From Octopus sinensis (taxonomy: Eukaryota), in the NCBI RefSeq assembly GCF_006345805.1, contig NC_043005.1, forward strand, positions 57,350,001 through 57,414,000: a DNA stretch of 64,000 bases, in the 5' to 3' direction. Each line of letters begins with the position of its first letter. The first letter of the stretch is position 1. The notes under the pieces were generated by a model that worked only from the letters and a program-made list of their open reading frames with translations, was not told the origin of the DNA and ran no database searches. Below, piece after piece: positions 1-11,696 of the stretch. The position numbers and the translations under genes were made by a program.

Positions 1-46
1 ATATATATGTATATATATAATGTATATATATATGTATATATATATG

Positions 47-85
<39 letters not shown>

Positions 86-321
86 GTAATATATATATAT
101 ATATGTGTATATATATTATATATATATGTATATATTATATATATATGTATATATATATATATATATTTAGATATATATATATATATCTGTATATATTATA
201 TGTATATGTATGTATATATATATGTATATGTATGTATATATAATGTATATGTATGTATATATATGATATATATGTATAGTATGTATATATATATGTATAT
301 ATATGTATATATATATATATG
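1..321. repeat. degenerate (TA)n/(TATG)n microsatellite
   Basis: Sequence is almost entirely TA dinucleotides with interspersed G; explains the Ile/Tyr ORFs in the track. Confidence 0.97.
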
Positions 322-537
322 TATGTGCGTGTTGTTTGGTGTCTGTGTTGCCCCCTAGCATTTCTTGACAACCGATGCTGGTGTGTTTACGTCCCCGTCA
401 CTTAGTGGTTCGGCAAAAGAGACCGATAGAATAAGCACTGGGCTTACAAAGAATAAGTCCCGGTGTCGATTTGCTCGACTAAAGGCAGTGCTCCAGCATG
501 GCCGCTGTCAACTGACTGAAACAAGTAAAAGAGTAAA
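322..537 (+). mobile_element. SINE family A, 3' half
   Basis: ttgacaaccgatgctggtgtgtttacgtccccg...ccagcatggcc...tgactgaaacaagtaaaagag matches full copies at 20204-20630, 36910-37372 and 39585-39978. Confidence 0.9.
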
Positions 538-1131
538 TATAAATCTTGTACTTAAAATCATCTTCTTTTGCCAAAGCACTTTATCATGGAGATGTGAACC
601 AACCAGTTCCAGTTGTCAAATGATGGAGGGAGTGTCACGTGCATACAAGCACACATGCTTGCACCCCCTCCCCCCACACACCCCACACAAGCTACCACAC
701 TTTTTCCATCTACCATATTCGCTTATAAGGGATTGATCAGCCTAGAGCCATAGTAGAAGACACTTGTTCAAGGTGCCACTCAGTGGGATTGATCCCTAAA
801 CCGTGTTTGCTAAGCAATCTTCTCAACCACACAGCCATACCTGTGCCTAATTTTTCATCTTGATCACTTATATCTCTTTGTTTAAAAAATAAATTACAAA
901 GCTGGTGAATTTTCATTCCTTGCCACACTCTTTCCATTTTATGTCCCCCCTTTCAGTTACATGTGATTATTTTCTAAGTTGGTTATGGAAATGGCATATA
1001 TAATCGGTTACATCATTGTGTAATCTATCGACTGATTGAACAGTGTTTGGAATATTAGCATCTTGTTTTTGTTATTGTTTCTGTTAGATTAGTTGTTTTT
1101 CTAACAGCTTTCTTTCGGTATAATTAATTAC

Positions 1132-1284
1132 TTAGTAAAACAGTAGAATACAAGGAATCTTAGTGATGGCCTTGTCTGGCAACAGAAACAATAGAAATAG
1201 TTCAAACAGTGAAATAAATCACTTTGGACATATGTCTTTCTTCTGAAGCAGAAAATATCTGGAAGTGCTTTTTGTCCTATTGAG
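1132..1284 (-). other. candidate exon, 153 nt, phase 2-2, product unknown
   Basis: Minus strand: (CT)n-ccacag acceptor, open frame SIGQKALPDIFCFRRKTYVQSDLFHCLNYFYCFCCQTRPSLRFLVFYCFT, donor aa|gtaatt. No protein family recognised. Confidence 0.25.
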
Positions 1285-1474
1285 CTGTGGAGAGAGAGAG
1301 AGAGAGAGAGAGAGACCAGTGTGGTGTACAATGGCAGAGGAAATAAACTTTGAGGGAGGGGTGGTTATTTGTACCAAAATGCAGATCATGTGAACTGATT
1401 GAGGGGAGTGGAGAGCCAGGCCATGTTATGCCTGACTGTCTCTCTGCCTGTCTGCCAGTCAGTCTGTCAGTCTG

Positions 1475-1870
1475 TCATCATCATCATTTAATGTCCAGTC
1501 TCCATGCTGGCATGGGTTGGCTGGTTTGATATGGAGCTGGCTAGCAGAGAGCTGTCTGGACTCCAACTGTCTGTTGTTGGCATGGTTTCTACAGCTAGGT
1601 GCCATTCTTAATGCCAACCAGTTGACATTGTGCACAGTACTTTATATGTGTCTCCATCATGGGTGTGTTTACACAGCACCGACATGGATGTGTTTATGCA
1701 GCACCAGCACGGGCGTGTTAATGCAGCACCGGCATGGGTGCTTTTAAGTGGCACCAGCACCTGGAAGGACAAGCCTGTATGTGTGGAAGACAGCGATTTT
1801 ACTTAGCTTGGCATGTCTTATCAAGTACAGCAAATCACATCTCGCAGCCCCCCTTGTCATTTCCTCAGTG
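1475..1870 (-). mobile_element. decayed 3'-UTR copy of an RTE-type LINE/SINE with (GAT)n tail
   Basis: catcatcatcatttaatgtcc...ccatgctggcatgggttgg is the reverse complement of the cccatgccagcatggaaaacggacgttaaatgatgatg end seen at 3047-3098 and 25740-25795. RTE assignment is inference. Confidence 0.7.
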
Positions 1871-2061
1871 AGGCCCAGTGTCCTACATCTGCCCCCCCCC
1901 TACACGCACACAATGCACTCATAATTAGTTGAGAAGTAACGGTAATGTTTCAAAGTAGAGGGTGTTAAGTAGAGGCTGGTGTGTTTTGCCTCTCTGGATT
2001 TTATTATTGGCAATAGTAGAAAGGTCGATGGTGGAGGTGGTGGTATGTTCAGAATGTTGTA

Positions 2062-2330
2062 GTGATTCTCAACCATTTCTTCTTTTCTTTTTTTTTCTTT
2101 CCACTTATGGAACCTTCTGATTCCTATTTCACTCTGGAATGAGTCATAATAGCTATTTGATGTTTTAAAAGATTCTGTGACATTTTTAGAATTAAATATT
2201 ATTAGGAATTGTAAGATTGCTGAGATATTTTGTGTAATGTAGAATTATAATCTATTTATTTTACATAAATTTTAACAAGAAAATCTTATGTGGACCCCCA
2301 AAGGTCATATGGACCTCAGTTGAGAACTGT
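2062..2330. mobile_element. decayed hAT-type MITE
   Basis: Ends gtgattctcaacc and gttgagaactgt resemble the cagtggttctcaacc TIR of the better-preserved copy at 29475-29716; shared internal motif (cttatgtggaccccc...atatggacc). Confidence 0.6.
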
Positions 2331-2904
2331 TGTAGAGTATTGCCTGGAAATTATGAAACATTTTGTAGGAACTCTTATTTCAGTGGGTTGACCAACACTT
2401 TATCTTAACATCATTCCTCCCTCCTCTGTGCCTTTTTGTGTGTTTGTACGTGTGGTTAGTCATGTGTGCATGCATAGTCAGTTGTGTGTGTGTGTGTGTG
2501 TGTGTGGTTGGCCACGTATTTTTGTGTATGTATTTTGGTTGGTTAGTAAGGCATGTGGCAATCATGTATATATGTGGTGTGCACAACAGTGTAGGCATCT
2601 GTACCCTCGTGTACACACAATATCAAAGGGAGGTAAGTGGTTTAGAAGTAGTAATCGAAATCTCCCTCAAATTTCACCCTGCCATCTTAAAATAAAACCC
2701 CAAAAACATTTGACTGTGTAGTCCTAGGTACACCTTTTGAAAATAGGACTGAATGATCATAACCAAAGGATTGTTGAACACAGGTCATCTCAAACAGGTC
2801 AAGCTTTGGAATAAATAGCATCATCAAGAATAAAGAGGATTGGCCGGCAAGAGTCCAATACTGGTGCCATTTAAAAAGCATTCCTACCAGTGCCACATAA
2901 AAAT

Positions 2905-3098
2905 GCTTGTGCTGTTGCCACGTTAAAAGTAATGGTATCCAGCTGTTGAAGTAGGAATAGAATGGCATCCAGCCATGGAAACCAAGCCAAATCAAACTGG
3001 GTTCTGGTGCAGCTCTTCTACTTGTGAGCTCTGGTCAAACCGTCCGACCCATGCCAGCATGGAAAACAGACATGAAAGGATGATGATGATGATGATGA
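2905..3098 (+). mobile_element. 5'-truncated RTE-type 3'-UTR copy with (GAT)n tail
   Basis: ggcatccagccatggaaacc...gtcaaaccgtccgacccatgccagcatggaaaacagac followed by (gat)n. Confidence 0.75.
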
Positions 3099-3309
3099 TC
3101 AACAACACTTCCACATCAACAGCATCACTATTAATATAGTGACTACCACCACCACCACTACATAATAATCACTACACTGTCATCCTCATCAACTTTATTA
3201 TTGCTAATTATTAACCTGCCAAAGGTGGCGAGCTAGCAGAATTGTTGTCACATTGGACAAACTGCTTAATGGCATTTCTTCTGGTTCTTTATGCTCTCAG
3301 TTCAAATTT

Positions 3310-3879
3310 TATTGGGTTGTTCGGAAAGTCCGTGCCGGTTTTTAAAGGAAAGAAAAAGGTCAATAAATACTTGCCATTACATTTTTAATCAGCGAAATAT
3401 GAACCATTTTGTTGCACAATGCGTCTTCATCTTTCCTTTAACTTGAAAATACCCTCTTCCCAGAATTGAGGTGGTTTCATGGCAAAGAATTCATCAAGGT
3501 ATCTTTTTACATCATCCAAGGAATTTTAATTTTTACCAATAAGACTATTCTGCAGAGACCTGAATAAGTGGAAATCCGAAGGAGCAATATCTGGTGAATA
3601 TGGAGGGTGGGGTAACACATCCCAGCCAAGCTGCAGCAATTTTTGTCTGGTTCCCAAAGCATCAAATGCCAAAAATGAACTTTCTTATCTTCCATTTTAA
3701 AGGGTTACAGAATTAACACAGATTATAGGAACATAAACCTTCTTCCACGAAAAGATAGCTTAAACTGAGCTCTAAATGGAGGTGGAGTCAAATCATATTT
3801 TATGGACTCAACCATGTTCTAAAATAAGTCGAAAGGTAAGCTACTATAAATCGGCACAAACTTTCCAGACAACCCAATA
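3310..3879 (-). mobile_element. internally deleted mariner (DD34D-type) element with both TIRs and TA target duplication
   Basis: TIRs ta-ttgggttgttcggaaagtccgtgccg (3310-3337) and cggcacaaactttccagacaacccaa-ta (3852-3879). Minus strand reads TRQKLLQLGWDVLPHPPYSPDIAPSDFHLFRSLQNSL, the mariner YSPDLAPSD motif, with stops downstream. Confidence 0.92.
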
Positions 3880-4044
3880 CTACGGTCAACTTTACCTTCC
3901 ATTGGGTTGACCACTTGAACACTGAGGTCAATACATTCAACTTACACAACCCTTAAAAATTGCTGGCTATGTGCCAAAATTAGAAAGAATTATAAATGTA
4001 CTGTCAGTGATCTAAAATGTCTCTTCTTTTTCTATTTTCCACAG

Positions 4045-4411
4045 GCTGAGGGAATCAAGATGGTGTGGAATCTGTAGAACACCATGTATTTGCATTAGGA
4101 ATATCCCATTAAAACTAGTTCATCATTGTTTTATTACTACTCTGGTAAGTTTCAACCTAATTTTTATTTTTAATATACCTGTACTGATGACACGTAAAAA
4201 GCACCATCCGAACATGGCAGATGCCAGCATTGCCTGACTGGCGTTCGTGTCTTCCAGTTTTTGTTTCATTTTCCCCTCTCCAAGGTGGTGAACTGGCAGA
4301 ATTCATTGCAGCATTTGTTCTGTGTTCAACTCCAAATGAGGACAACTTCCATCGTTTTGTAACAGAGTTGATTAGTAAAGTATCAATCCAACACAGTGGA
4401 GTGACAGAACT
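4045..4411 (+). other. candidate spliced exon pair 4045-4144 and 4285-4411 (140-nt intron); coding status unclear
   Basis: Acceptor ctcttctttttctattttccacag, donor ctg|gtaagt, acceptor tttttgtttcattttcccctctccaag, donor act|gtaagg. The only frame open through exon 1 stops in exon 2. Confidence 0.4.
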
Positions 4412-5290
4412 GTAAGGACATTGCACAGATAACTTATATTAGGGGATTTTACATTCAGAGTACAAATCCTGCTGTGGCCTACTTGGATGGTAGACTTAAT
4501 CTGTCACCCACTTTAACACTATAATTTGGCACTTTGGGTGCCTTTAGTAGGATCCACTTTGTTGCAAGCATTCAGGTCTCCAGTTTGGGGAATACTTTCT
4601 TCCTTCTTTCCTTGCCATCAGTCTTGGTGGCTCTGTGAAAGGTCATGGGCACTGCACTGCCTTCTGTCCTGACTAGAAGATTAAAAAAAAACTGTACATT
4701 TTTTCCTTTAATCCTTTTGGTACCAACCTGCCTGAGACCACATGTGGTTGTATCATGCTAATCTATTTTAAAGTGATCTAAATTGAATCTGTCTATCAAA
4801 ATTTCATGTATATTTCCATTCCAAACACCACCTTAATAATGACAAAATTATTTTGCTAAGTTCTTCTTTATTTCCAAAACTATTTGAAGTAACAGCAGTA
4901 TATTTCAGCAGAAATATGGTAACAAGAATTAAATACTGCATTCACACAAAGTTTATATGAAATTTTACAACTAGGGAAGCCCACAGAAAAGGCAGTGAAA
5001 TGAAAAACAAAACACAAAAGTCAGTATATAACAACAGAACAAGGTATGGAAAAACAGACTTCAACTCTAGCATTTAAACCTGATATATCTGGCCCAAATA
5101 TTTTATCTATTTTGTGTTCAAACCAGTCTGTCTGGTTTCTCATGCCTAAACCTTCAGCACCATTTTAAAAATAAAGTCACATCATTGAAATCTCAGTGAT
5201 AATGCTTGATTAATTAATTATGTATGATTAATTTAAAAGAATGTGAATAAATAAACATATTAGACAATGATCTCGTTGCTGAAGGTTTAA

Positions 5291-5497
5291 CCCTTTCGTT
5301 ACCAACCCGGCTGAAACCGGCTCTGGCTCTTTAGTACAAAATTTCTGAATTAAAATCATCCACCAAACCTTAGTCACAATTTATGTTCCTAACACTAGCT
5401 TAATGATAACTAAGTTATTTTACTAAATTCTTTGTTATAATCAAAATTAATTGAAAGAAACACAGAGCATCTCAAAATAAATACAGTAACGAAAGGG
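5291..5497. mobile_element. piggyBac-type MITE
   Basis: TTAA-ccctttcgttac...gtaacgaaaggg-TTAA: 12-bp TIR with TTAA duplication. Near-identical copy in opposite orientation at 29984-30205. Confidence 0.9.
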
Positions 5498-5981
5498 TTA
5501 AACAAACGAACAAACAAGTTCAATTTCTCTTAGGCATAGTCTGAATATAGCAATTAAAGAAAAGTTAGGAGGGTTAAAGGTCAAATCAAGGCTTGAAGGT
5601 TTTTTCACTAATTGCTTGATCAATCTCTACATGTTGTCCAGCAGAAAGTAAGTTGTAACCTCGTGTGGGAGAAAGGGTATATATGAGAACAGGTATGGAC
5701 TCTCTGATACAGCATCCTCTTGGTGTGTTGCTTGGGAGTTTGGGCCCATCTATAGAAGTTTGGTGGTGAGCATTTGCTGAGAAACCTTACTTACCAACCA
5801 TCAGTATTTTGTTCAGATAAACCAGAACAAGCAGAGTTAGGTGTTGTGATTAATGCAGAGTCTAAAGCAGAGATTTTCAACCAATTTTTGCCTGCGGACC
5901 TCTTTGGTTCCTATTTTACTCTACTGGACCCTCATAGCCATTTGATGTTTAAAAGCATCCCATTATATTTTTATAATTAAA

Positions 5982-6491
5982 CTAGCAGTATCGCCTGGCG
6001 TTGCTCGGGTTTGTAAGGGAAATAACTATATAAGCATTTTTAGAGAGTTACTTCCTTTATAGATGCCAATTCGGGCTTTCTTAGCCATTTCTGTTTTGGT
6101 GTCTTCAAGCCATGAAGTCGTTGTTCTAAAAGAACACTGGTCTCCTTGACAACGCATTACGACGTTGATTTCTTTACACTCCGTTCCCCACAGCTTCACG
6201 AGGGAGGGAAGGGGGAGAAGCAAACAGGTGCAGCTGTGAGCGTGGACGCCAACTCCGCCGCCATCGACACACGAAAAATTATGCATTAAAATGGAATAAA
6301 AAATGATGTTAAATTATTTTTTAAATCGTATACTCATCGTTGACGCGCGCTAATAGCCAGACGGGCTCGATATGGATCACGACTATAAGATACCCGAATT
6401 TGGTTAAACTGCACCGCAAAATGTGGGAGGAGTTAGGAATCTAAATCGAAGGGGACAGACACTCACACAACTAGAGTTTTATATATATAGA
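5982..6491 (-). mobile_element. non-autonomous Helitron
   Basis: Minus strand starts A|TCTATATATAT and ends with hairpin cccgagcaacgccagg followed by CTAG|T: canonical TC...CTAG termini between A and T, no TSD. Confidence 0.85.
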
Positions 6492-7606
6492 TATTATTAG
6501 GAATTGTATATAAAAAAGTTGTCAAAACATTTTGTGTATTGTAGAAGTATAACTAGTTAGTTTGCTGATAAATTTTAACACTGGAATCTTATGTGGATCC
6601 CCAAGAGCCATATGGACCCCAGTTGAGAACTAATGGTGTAATGGATAAGTCACATTAGAGGTAAGAGGAGAGATGATTGTATTTGGAAAAAGGTGTCTGA
6701 TTAGAGTTGGTATACAACTAATCAGTTCAGTAGGGTAAAAGCTGTTGTGGCAGTGTAATAAAGTAGATAGAAAGAAGGGACAGTGCATCTGTGGGCCACT
6801 GGTATAGTGAGTTGTTGGTTGTGTCTTTTTACCAATCAGTCAGTAGGCCCTTTGGATGCAGTCTAGTGTGTGTGTGTGTAGCAGTAGCACTAGCATTATT
6901 CCTAATGTGGAAACAAGCAGTACATTAATTTTTCTTGAGCTTTATATAGGGCCAGCAGTTGATCAGAGTTAAGTATTATTTGACTCAGAAGAGAAAGACC
7001 AGTGTTTTAAGATGCTGTTTGAACCATGTTATGGTTGTGTGTCGTGTTATTAGTGTAGGTGGTGGGTGAGTGTTATTTCTCCGACATCTTAGTCTCAAGA
7101 CCATTGTGTCAGTGAAAATCATCATTGTCCATTTGTTTTTCTATACTGGTGTGGGTTGGATGGGTCTGTTCCAGCACAGCACTTCACCACTGTTTGTGAC
7201 CCTTCATCATCTCTTTTGTGAAGTCTAGCACTGAAGGAGTGAACCTCATCACTTTTTAGCTATGTTTTCCTCAATCTCGCTCTTCCAGTGACTCCTTTCA
7301 CTCAGATTAGTCATCAGTCCTGTTGAAGCAGCTCTTTTTTTTTGCTTTGAATATACCATGTGGATGGTGGACTTAATCCATTTCATTGTTTGACACCACT
7401 GTCTGGTCTTTGGGTGTCTTTTGCAAACATTAGGGTCTGGGGATAATTTTCTCGCTTTCTCCTACCAAGTTATAAACTTGACAGATAGCTGGGTATTTCC
7501 TCCTCCAAAAAGGTCATTAAAAAAATGGGATATTTTTCTGTGGTTTTTTTCCTTTATGGCTACAGCCCTGAACCCTTTGACTGCCTATTTCTAGTAATAA
7601 CTTAGT

Positions 7607-7930
7607 GCAAGTGTGTGGCTTAGTGGTTAGGGTATTCAGCTCAAGATTGTAAGGTTGTGAGTTCAATTCCTGGCGACACGTTGTGTCCTTGAGCAAGACA
7701 CTTCATTTCATGTTGCTCCAGTCCATTCAACTGGAAAAAATAACTTGTACTTGTAATTGAAAAGGCCAGCCTTGTCACATTTTGTGTCCTGCTGAATCTC
7801 CATGAGAACTACTTGTAGGTTACGTGCGTCTGTGGAGTGCTCAGCCACTTTCATGTTAATTTCATGTGCAAGCTGTTCTTTTGATCTGATCAGCTGGAAT
7901 ACTCTTTTTCATAACCAACAGAGTGCCAGT
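7607..7930 (+). mobile_element. tRNA-derived SINE family C
   Basis: A box tggcttagtgg, B box gagttcaattcc, then gtgtccttgagcaagacact core; related copy at 35784-36117. Confidence 0.8.
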
Positions 7931-9131
7931 TGAATAGAAATCACTTGGTTTTTATTTTATAGTGATACCTAAAAAAGAAATTACAATAATAATAACCTCC
8001 CCACCCTTGATATTGTTGTTTGAAGAGGGATGGATATTTAGTGTTATGTTCCAGGTACATTGTTGTTTTTATGAATAAAATTTATGATCGAGACTTTGAA
8101 AGAATAGCCATTTTGAATTGTCAAGAAGCTGCTTCTTCACTTAGGCATGTCATAGTCTTATGATTGGTTCAGTGTTTGCTTAATGTTTGTAAACAATAGT
8201 TTGTTTCATTTTCAAGATAAACATCAAAGTGATTATTGATTTTATATATATATATATAATCAGCTGATATTGTAAGGATGATCCGGTTCTTGACTGAGGA
8301 TAAAAGGCTTCGACTGGCCCGTCCTTGTTTTTTTGTATCGTCTATCTGGATGTTTTGTTGTCCTTTTTTGTCCAGATGTTTTGCGTTCTTGTCCCATTTT
8401 GTATTTTATTTTATAATTATATATATATATATATAAGTATATGTGTGTGTAGGCAGATAGATTGATAGATCTATTATTCTGTTCATGATAGACAAATGGT
8501 CAACAGAAAAATGTAGATAATTTTATCCAACAATTCATTAAGTGTTTATACTGCGTAGTTTTCTCTCCACTCTTAGGAGGCACAAGCACTTATGCATGTA
8601 CATAGAGATGGGAACTTCCACCTAGTCCAAGTGAGGTATGGAAAACACTACCTCACTAGGAAACAGATGGGTGTTGGTGACATGCAGGGCATCTGGCTGT
8701 GGAAAACCTGCCACACAAATAGTGTTGCACAGTAGTAGAATTAGATATCCTTATATGGCATACACTTAGGAAATAGTTCTTAAAAGCATGTAGGTTAAGA
8801 TGATGAGAGAAATTCTACCTGGTTGATATTCCTAGCAGCTGAATCTCATTCAAATCATATACTATCAGAGTAGTTTACAATTTTCTTTTTCTACTTTGTG
8901 GTACACTGGACATCAAGTATAGAATTTACTAACACACTTTGTATGAGAAAGTTTAAAACAATAAAACAAAATGTTTTACAATTAGATAAAAAAAAAGAAT
9001 ATAGAAAACTATTGCTTAACTTAATTTATTAATCATACTTGCATATAACAAAAGTTTTCCAGATGTGTAAACATCAAACATTATTAAGGATTTTCCAAAG
9101 CCTTATATATATACACACACACACATACACA

Positions 9132-11192
9132 CTAGCAGGTGTACCTGGCGTTGCCCGGGTACATTATTTCGAAAAGGCTTTGAAACTAATAAAGCGATTA
9201 ACACCCCCCTCTCTTAAACACTTTTCATACTTTATGGCATGACTACCACCTACGTAATTCTTTAGGGGAACCGGACATGTAAATATTACGACAACAATCA
9301 AGTGAAAAAATAAAGCAACAAAAGTTATAATAGCAATAACGTAGGACTGAAATATGGCGCCAATACGGCAAGTCTCCAAAACTTCCTTATAAACAGCATT
9401 TTTAGTTTTCCCCTGGGGGATGAAGGCATGTAAACTGTTCCTACAACCCACTCTTTAGCAGCCAATGTACAGTTGACAGTGTGAAAAGCATGATTTGGCT
9501 AAGAAAGTTCAATGACAGACAGCGACTGCCCCTGGGACTTATTAATGGACATGGCGTAACTGAGTCTAATCGGAAACTGCATTCTCCGGAATGTGAATGG
9601 TAAGTCAGCAGCCGAAGACATAAGGGGAATTTGTGGTATGAAGACGTCTTGACCTTTACTACAGATGGTCATAATCGTTACTTCAATGACATTGGGAAGT
9701 AATTTTGTGATAACAAGGCGTGTACTGTTGCACAACCTTGGTGGATTTAAATTCCTTATCAACATAACAGGGCTACCTACTTTAAGAGTAAGAATATGTG
9801 AAGGTACACCTGAAGGCTCCAAGGAATTCAAAAATTCAGTGGTGTAATCAACTACCTCATCCTGATTGGGAATGGTGTCTACTGACTTATAGACTGTCAC
9901 GTCCCCAGGCAAATGCAGTAAAAGACTGTTGTTGATTGCACTGACCGCCACATTTTTAAGAGCCAAAATGGCTCTTTGGCAAATCCAATCTAGATCTCTG
10001 TTGTGGACTTCTAGGCCTGGGAAGACTTGGTCCTGAAGACTCTGGATAGTACTGGCTATTGTGCAAATGTTACTTATGTCAACATCTTCATTTCCATCTT
10101 CTGGAACTTCACCATTGCCAAGAAGGAGAATGTCCTTTGCAAAATCTTCTGGCAATGGATCCTCATGAAGGCGCGCTCTCATGTTGGATTCTAACTTTAA
10201 AGTAACATGGCTCTATAGAGGTGAAGACTTAAGACACGTCATTACTTCATTTACCCTTGTGCTTTTTGGAATCACTGGCAAGTTTTGTCTAAAGTCCCCA
10301 GATAGCAAGACAGTGCCCCCCACCATTGGTTTGTGGCTTTCCTTTATGTCATGCAAAGTTCTATCTAATACCTCAAGGGCACCCTTGTGAGCCATTGTGC
10401 ATCCATCTCAAACAATCAGGTGGCATTGTGTGAGCAATTGCCCGTTGTCCAACATCTTTGAAATGTTGCAAACAGGCATTGGTGAACTTGCGAGGTTAAG
10501 GGGAAGCTTAAATGTAGAGTGTGCAGTCCTGCCACCAGGGAACAGAGTAGCAGCTATGCCTGAAGTTTCCACAGCTATTGCGATGCACTTTTGTAGCCTT
10601 ACTTTTGTAAGAACGAGTCTAGTTACGAATGTTTTGCCTGTCCCGCCAGGAGCTTTAAGGAAGAAAACGCCACCTTTACGATCCTGGACTTGCTGAACAA
10701 TAGTGTCATAGGTGTGCTTCTGGTCAGGTAGCAGGAGTGCCTCAGTGATCTGTACATATGCAGATAGTTCAGTAATGTCGTAAGATGTTTCCCGAACAAT
10801 CTCAGAAGGGAGATCATTTGAGGTAGGCTTTGCAGTGAGGGGAATCCTGTAAGTAGTCATTACGTCAACACCTAAAGCTAAAGTCTTGTTTTCAATCTCA
10901 ATCAGTGCTAAGTTTTGTATTGTTTCATTTTTACCAAATAATTTACGAAGGAGGGAATGGGTTATTTCCCTTGGAAGCTTAAAAATAATTACGTCCGCCA
11001 TTCAACCATGCCCTCATGTTGTTCCTCTGCCGTTTACCCAAACATTTTTTCAAAATCAATTTATACTTAAAACCTCCCCAGACACATAAGCAATGTCCAT
11101 GTGAAGTTTAAGAAAAATCAGTTGAGCTGTTTTGGCGCAAAACGAGGACATACCGATACACAGACAGACATTTTCAGTTTTAATATGTAAGA
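9132..11192 (-). mobile_element. internally deleted Helitron (Rep domain missing, helicase retained)
   Basis: 5' end A|TCTTACATATTAAAACTGAAAATGTCTGTCTG at 11192; 3' hairpin gtacccgggcaacgccaggtac followed by CTAG|T at 9132; internal PIF1-family helicase. Confidence 0.93.
9499..11001 (-). pseudogene. Helitron PIF1-like helicase pseudogene
   Basis: ORFs 10408-11001, 10213-10395 and 9499-10182 share one frame. Motifs: Walker A APGGTGKT, TSGIAATLFPGGRTAHSTFKLP, SGDFRQNLPVIP, LKVGSPVMLIRNLNPPRLCNSTRL, RRMQFPIRLSYAMSINKSQGQSL. Two in-frame stops and a C-terminal frameshift. Confidence 0.95.
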
Positions 11193-11656
11193 TATATATA
11201 TATATACATATATATATTTTAAAGTCCATAATGCACTGTTTGAGAACTAATCTACCATCATGATAAAGAGATAAAAACTTTAAAAGAATGTAATCCTGAC
11301 TGAAGATGGATAGGACTTTTATGGTTAAAATATCAGCATTGATGTGTGATGACACAACATTGGTTAGAAACCATTTTATTTCTTGGGTTGCATTTGCTTT
11401 TCAACTGATCTTATCTAGAATTGTATGAAATTGGGACAAGAGTAATTACATCCTAGTAGTGATTATAGCTATTAAAGCACTGCTGGATATGAATCTGTAT
11501 ACCAAAGCAGTCCTTGTAAAAATACAATATAACATATTTATTTACACTACAATGTATAATATGCTAACAGCTATATACACATCTTGAGTTTTGGACTCTT
11601 GCGGAAGTCACCTGATCATCTGAGATCAAACTGATTAAAACATAATGTAGATGTAA

Positions 11657-11696
<40 letters not shown>

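Noticed and set aside
7-371. Ile/Tyr-rich ORFs here and at 32924-33360 and 53936-57912
   Set aside because: Translations of (TA)n/(TATG)n microsatellites, which lack stops in some frames.
5774-5980. 68-aa ORF DKPEQAELGVVINAESKAEIFNQF as an exon
   Set aside because: No convincing donor, truncated by the Helitron, and at best resembles a decayed LINE; unsupported.
7607-7680. tRNA-like sequences here, at 35784 and at SINE A/B heads
   Set aside because: A/B boxes continue into SINE bodies and no full cloverleaf is seen; these are SINE heads, not tRNA genes.
8577-8635. Apparent exon ttag|...gag|gtatgg
   Set aside because: Lies in a decayed retroposon 3' region (continues into a gggcatctggctgtggaaa motif shared with other repeats), so the splice-like signals are probably incidental.
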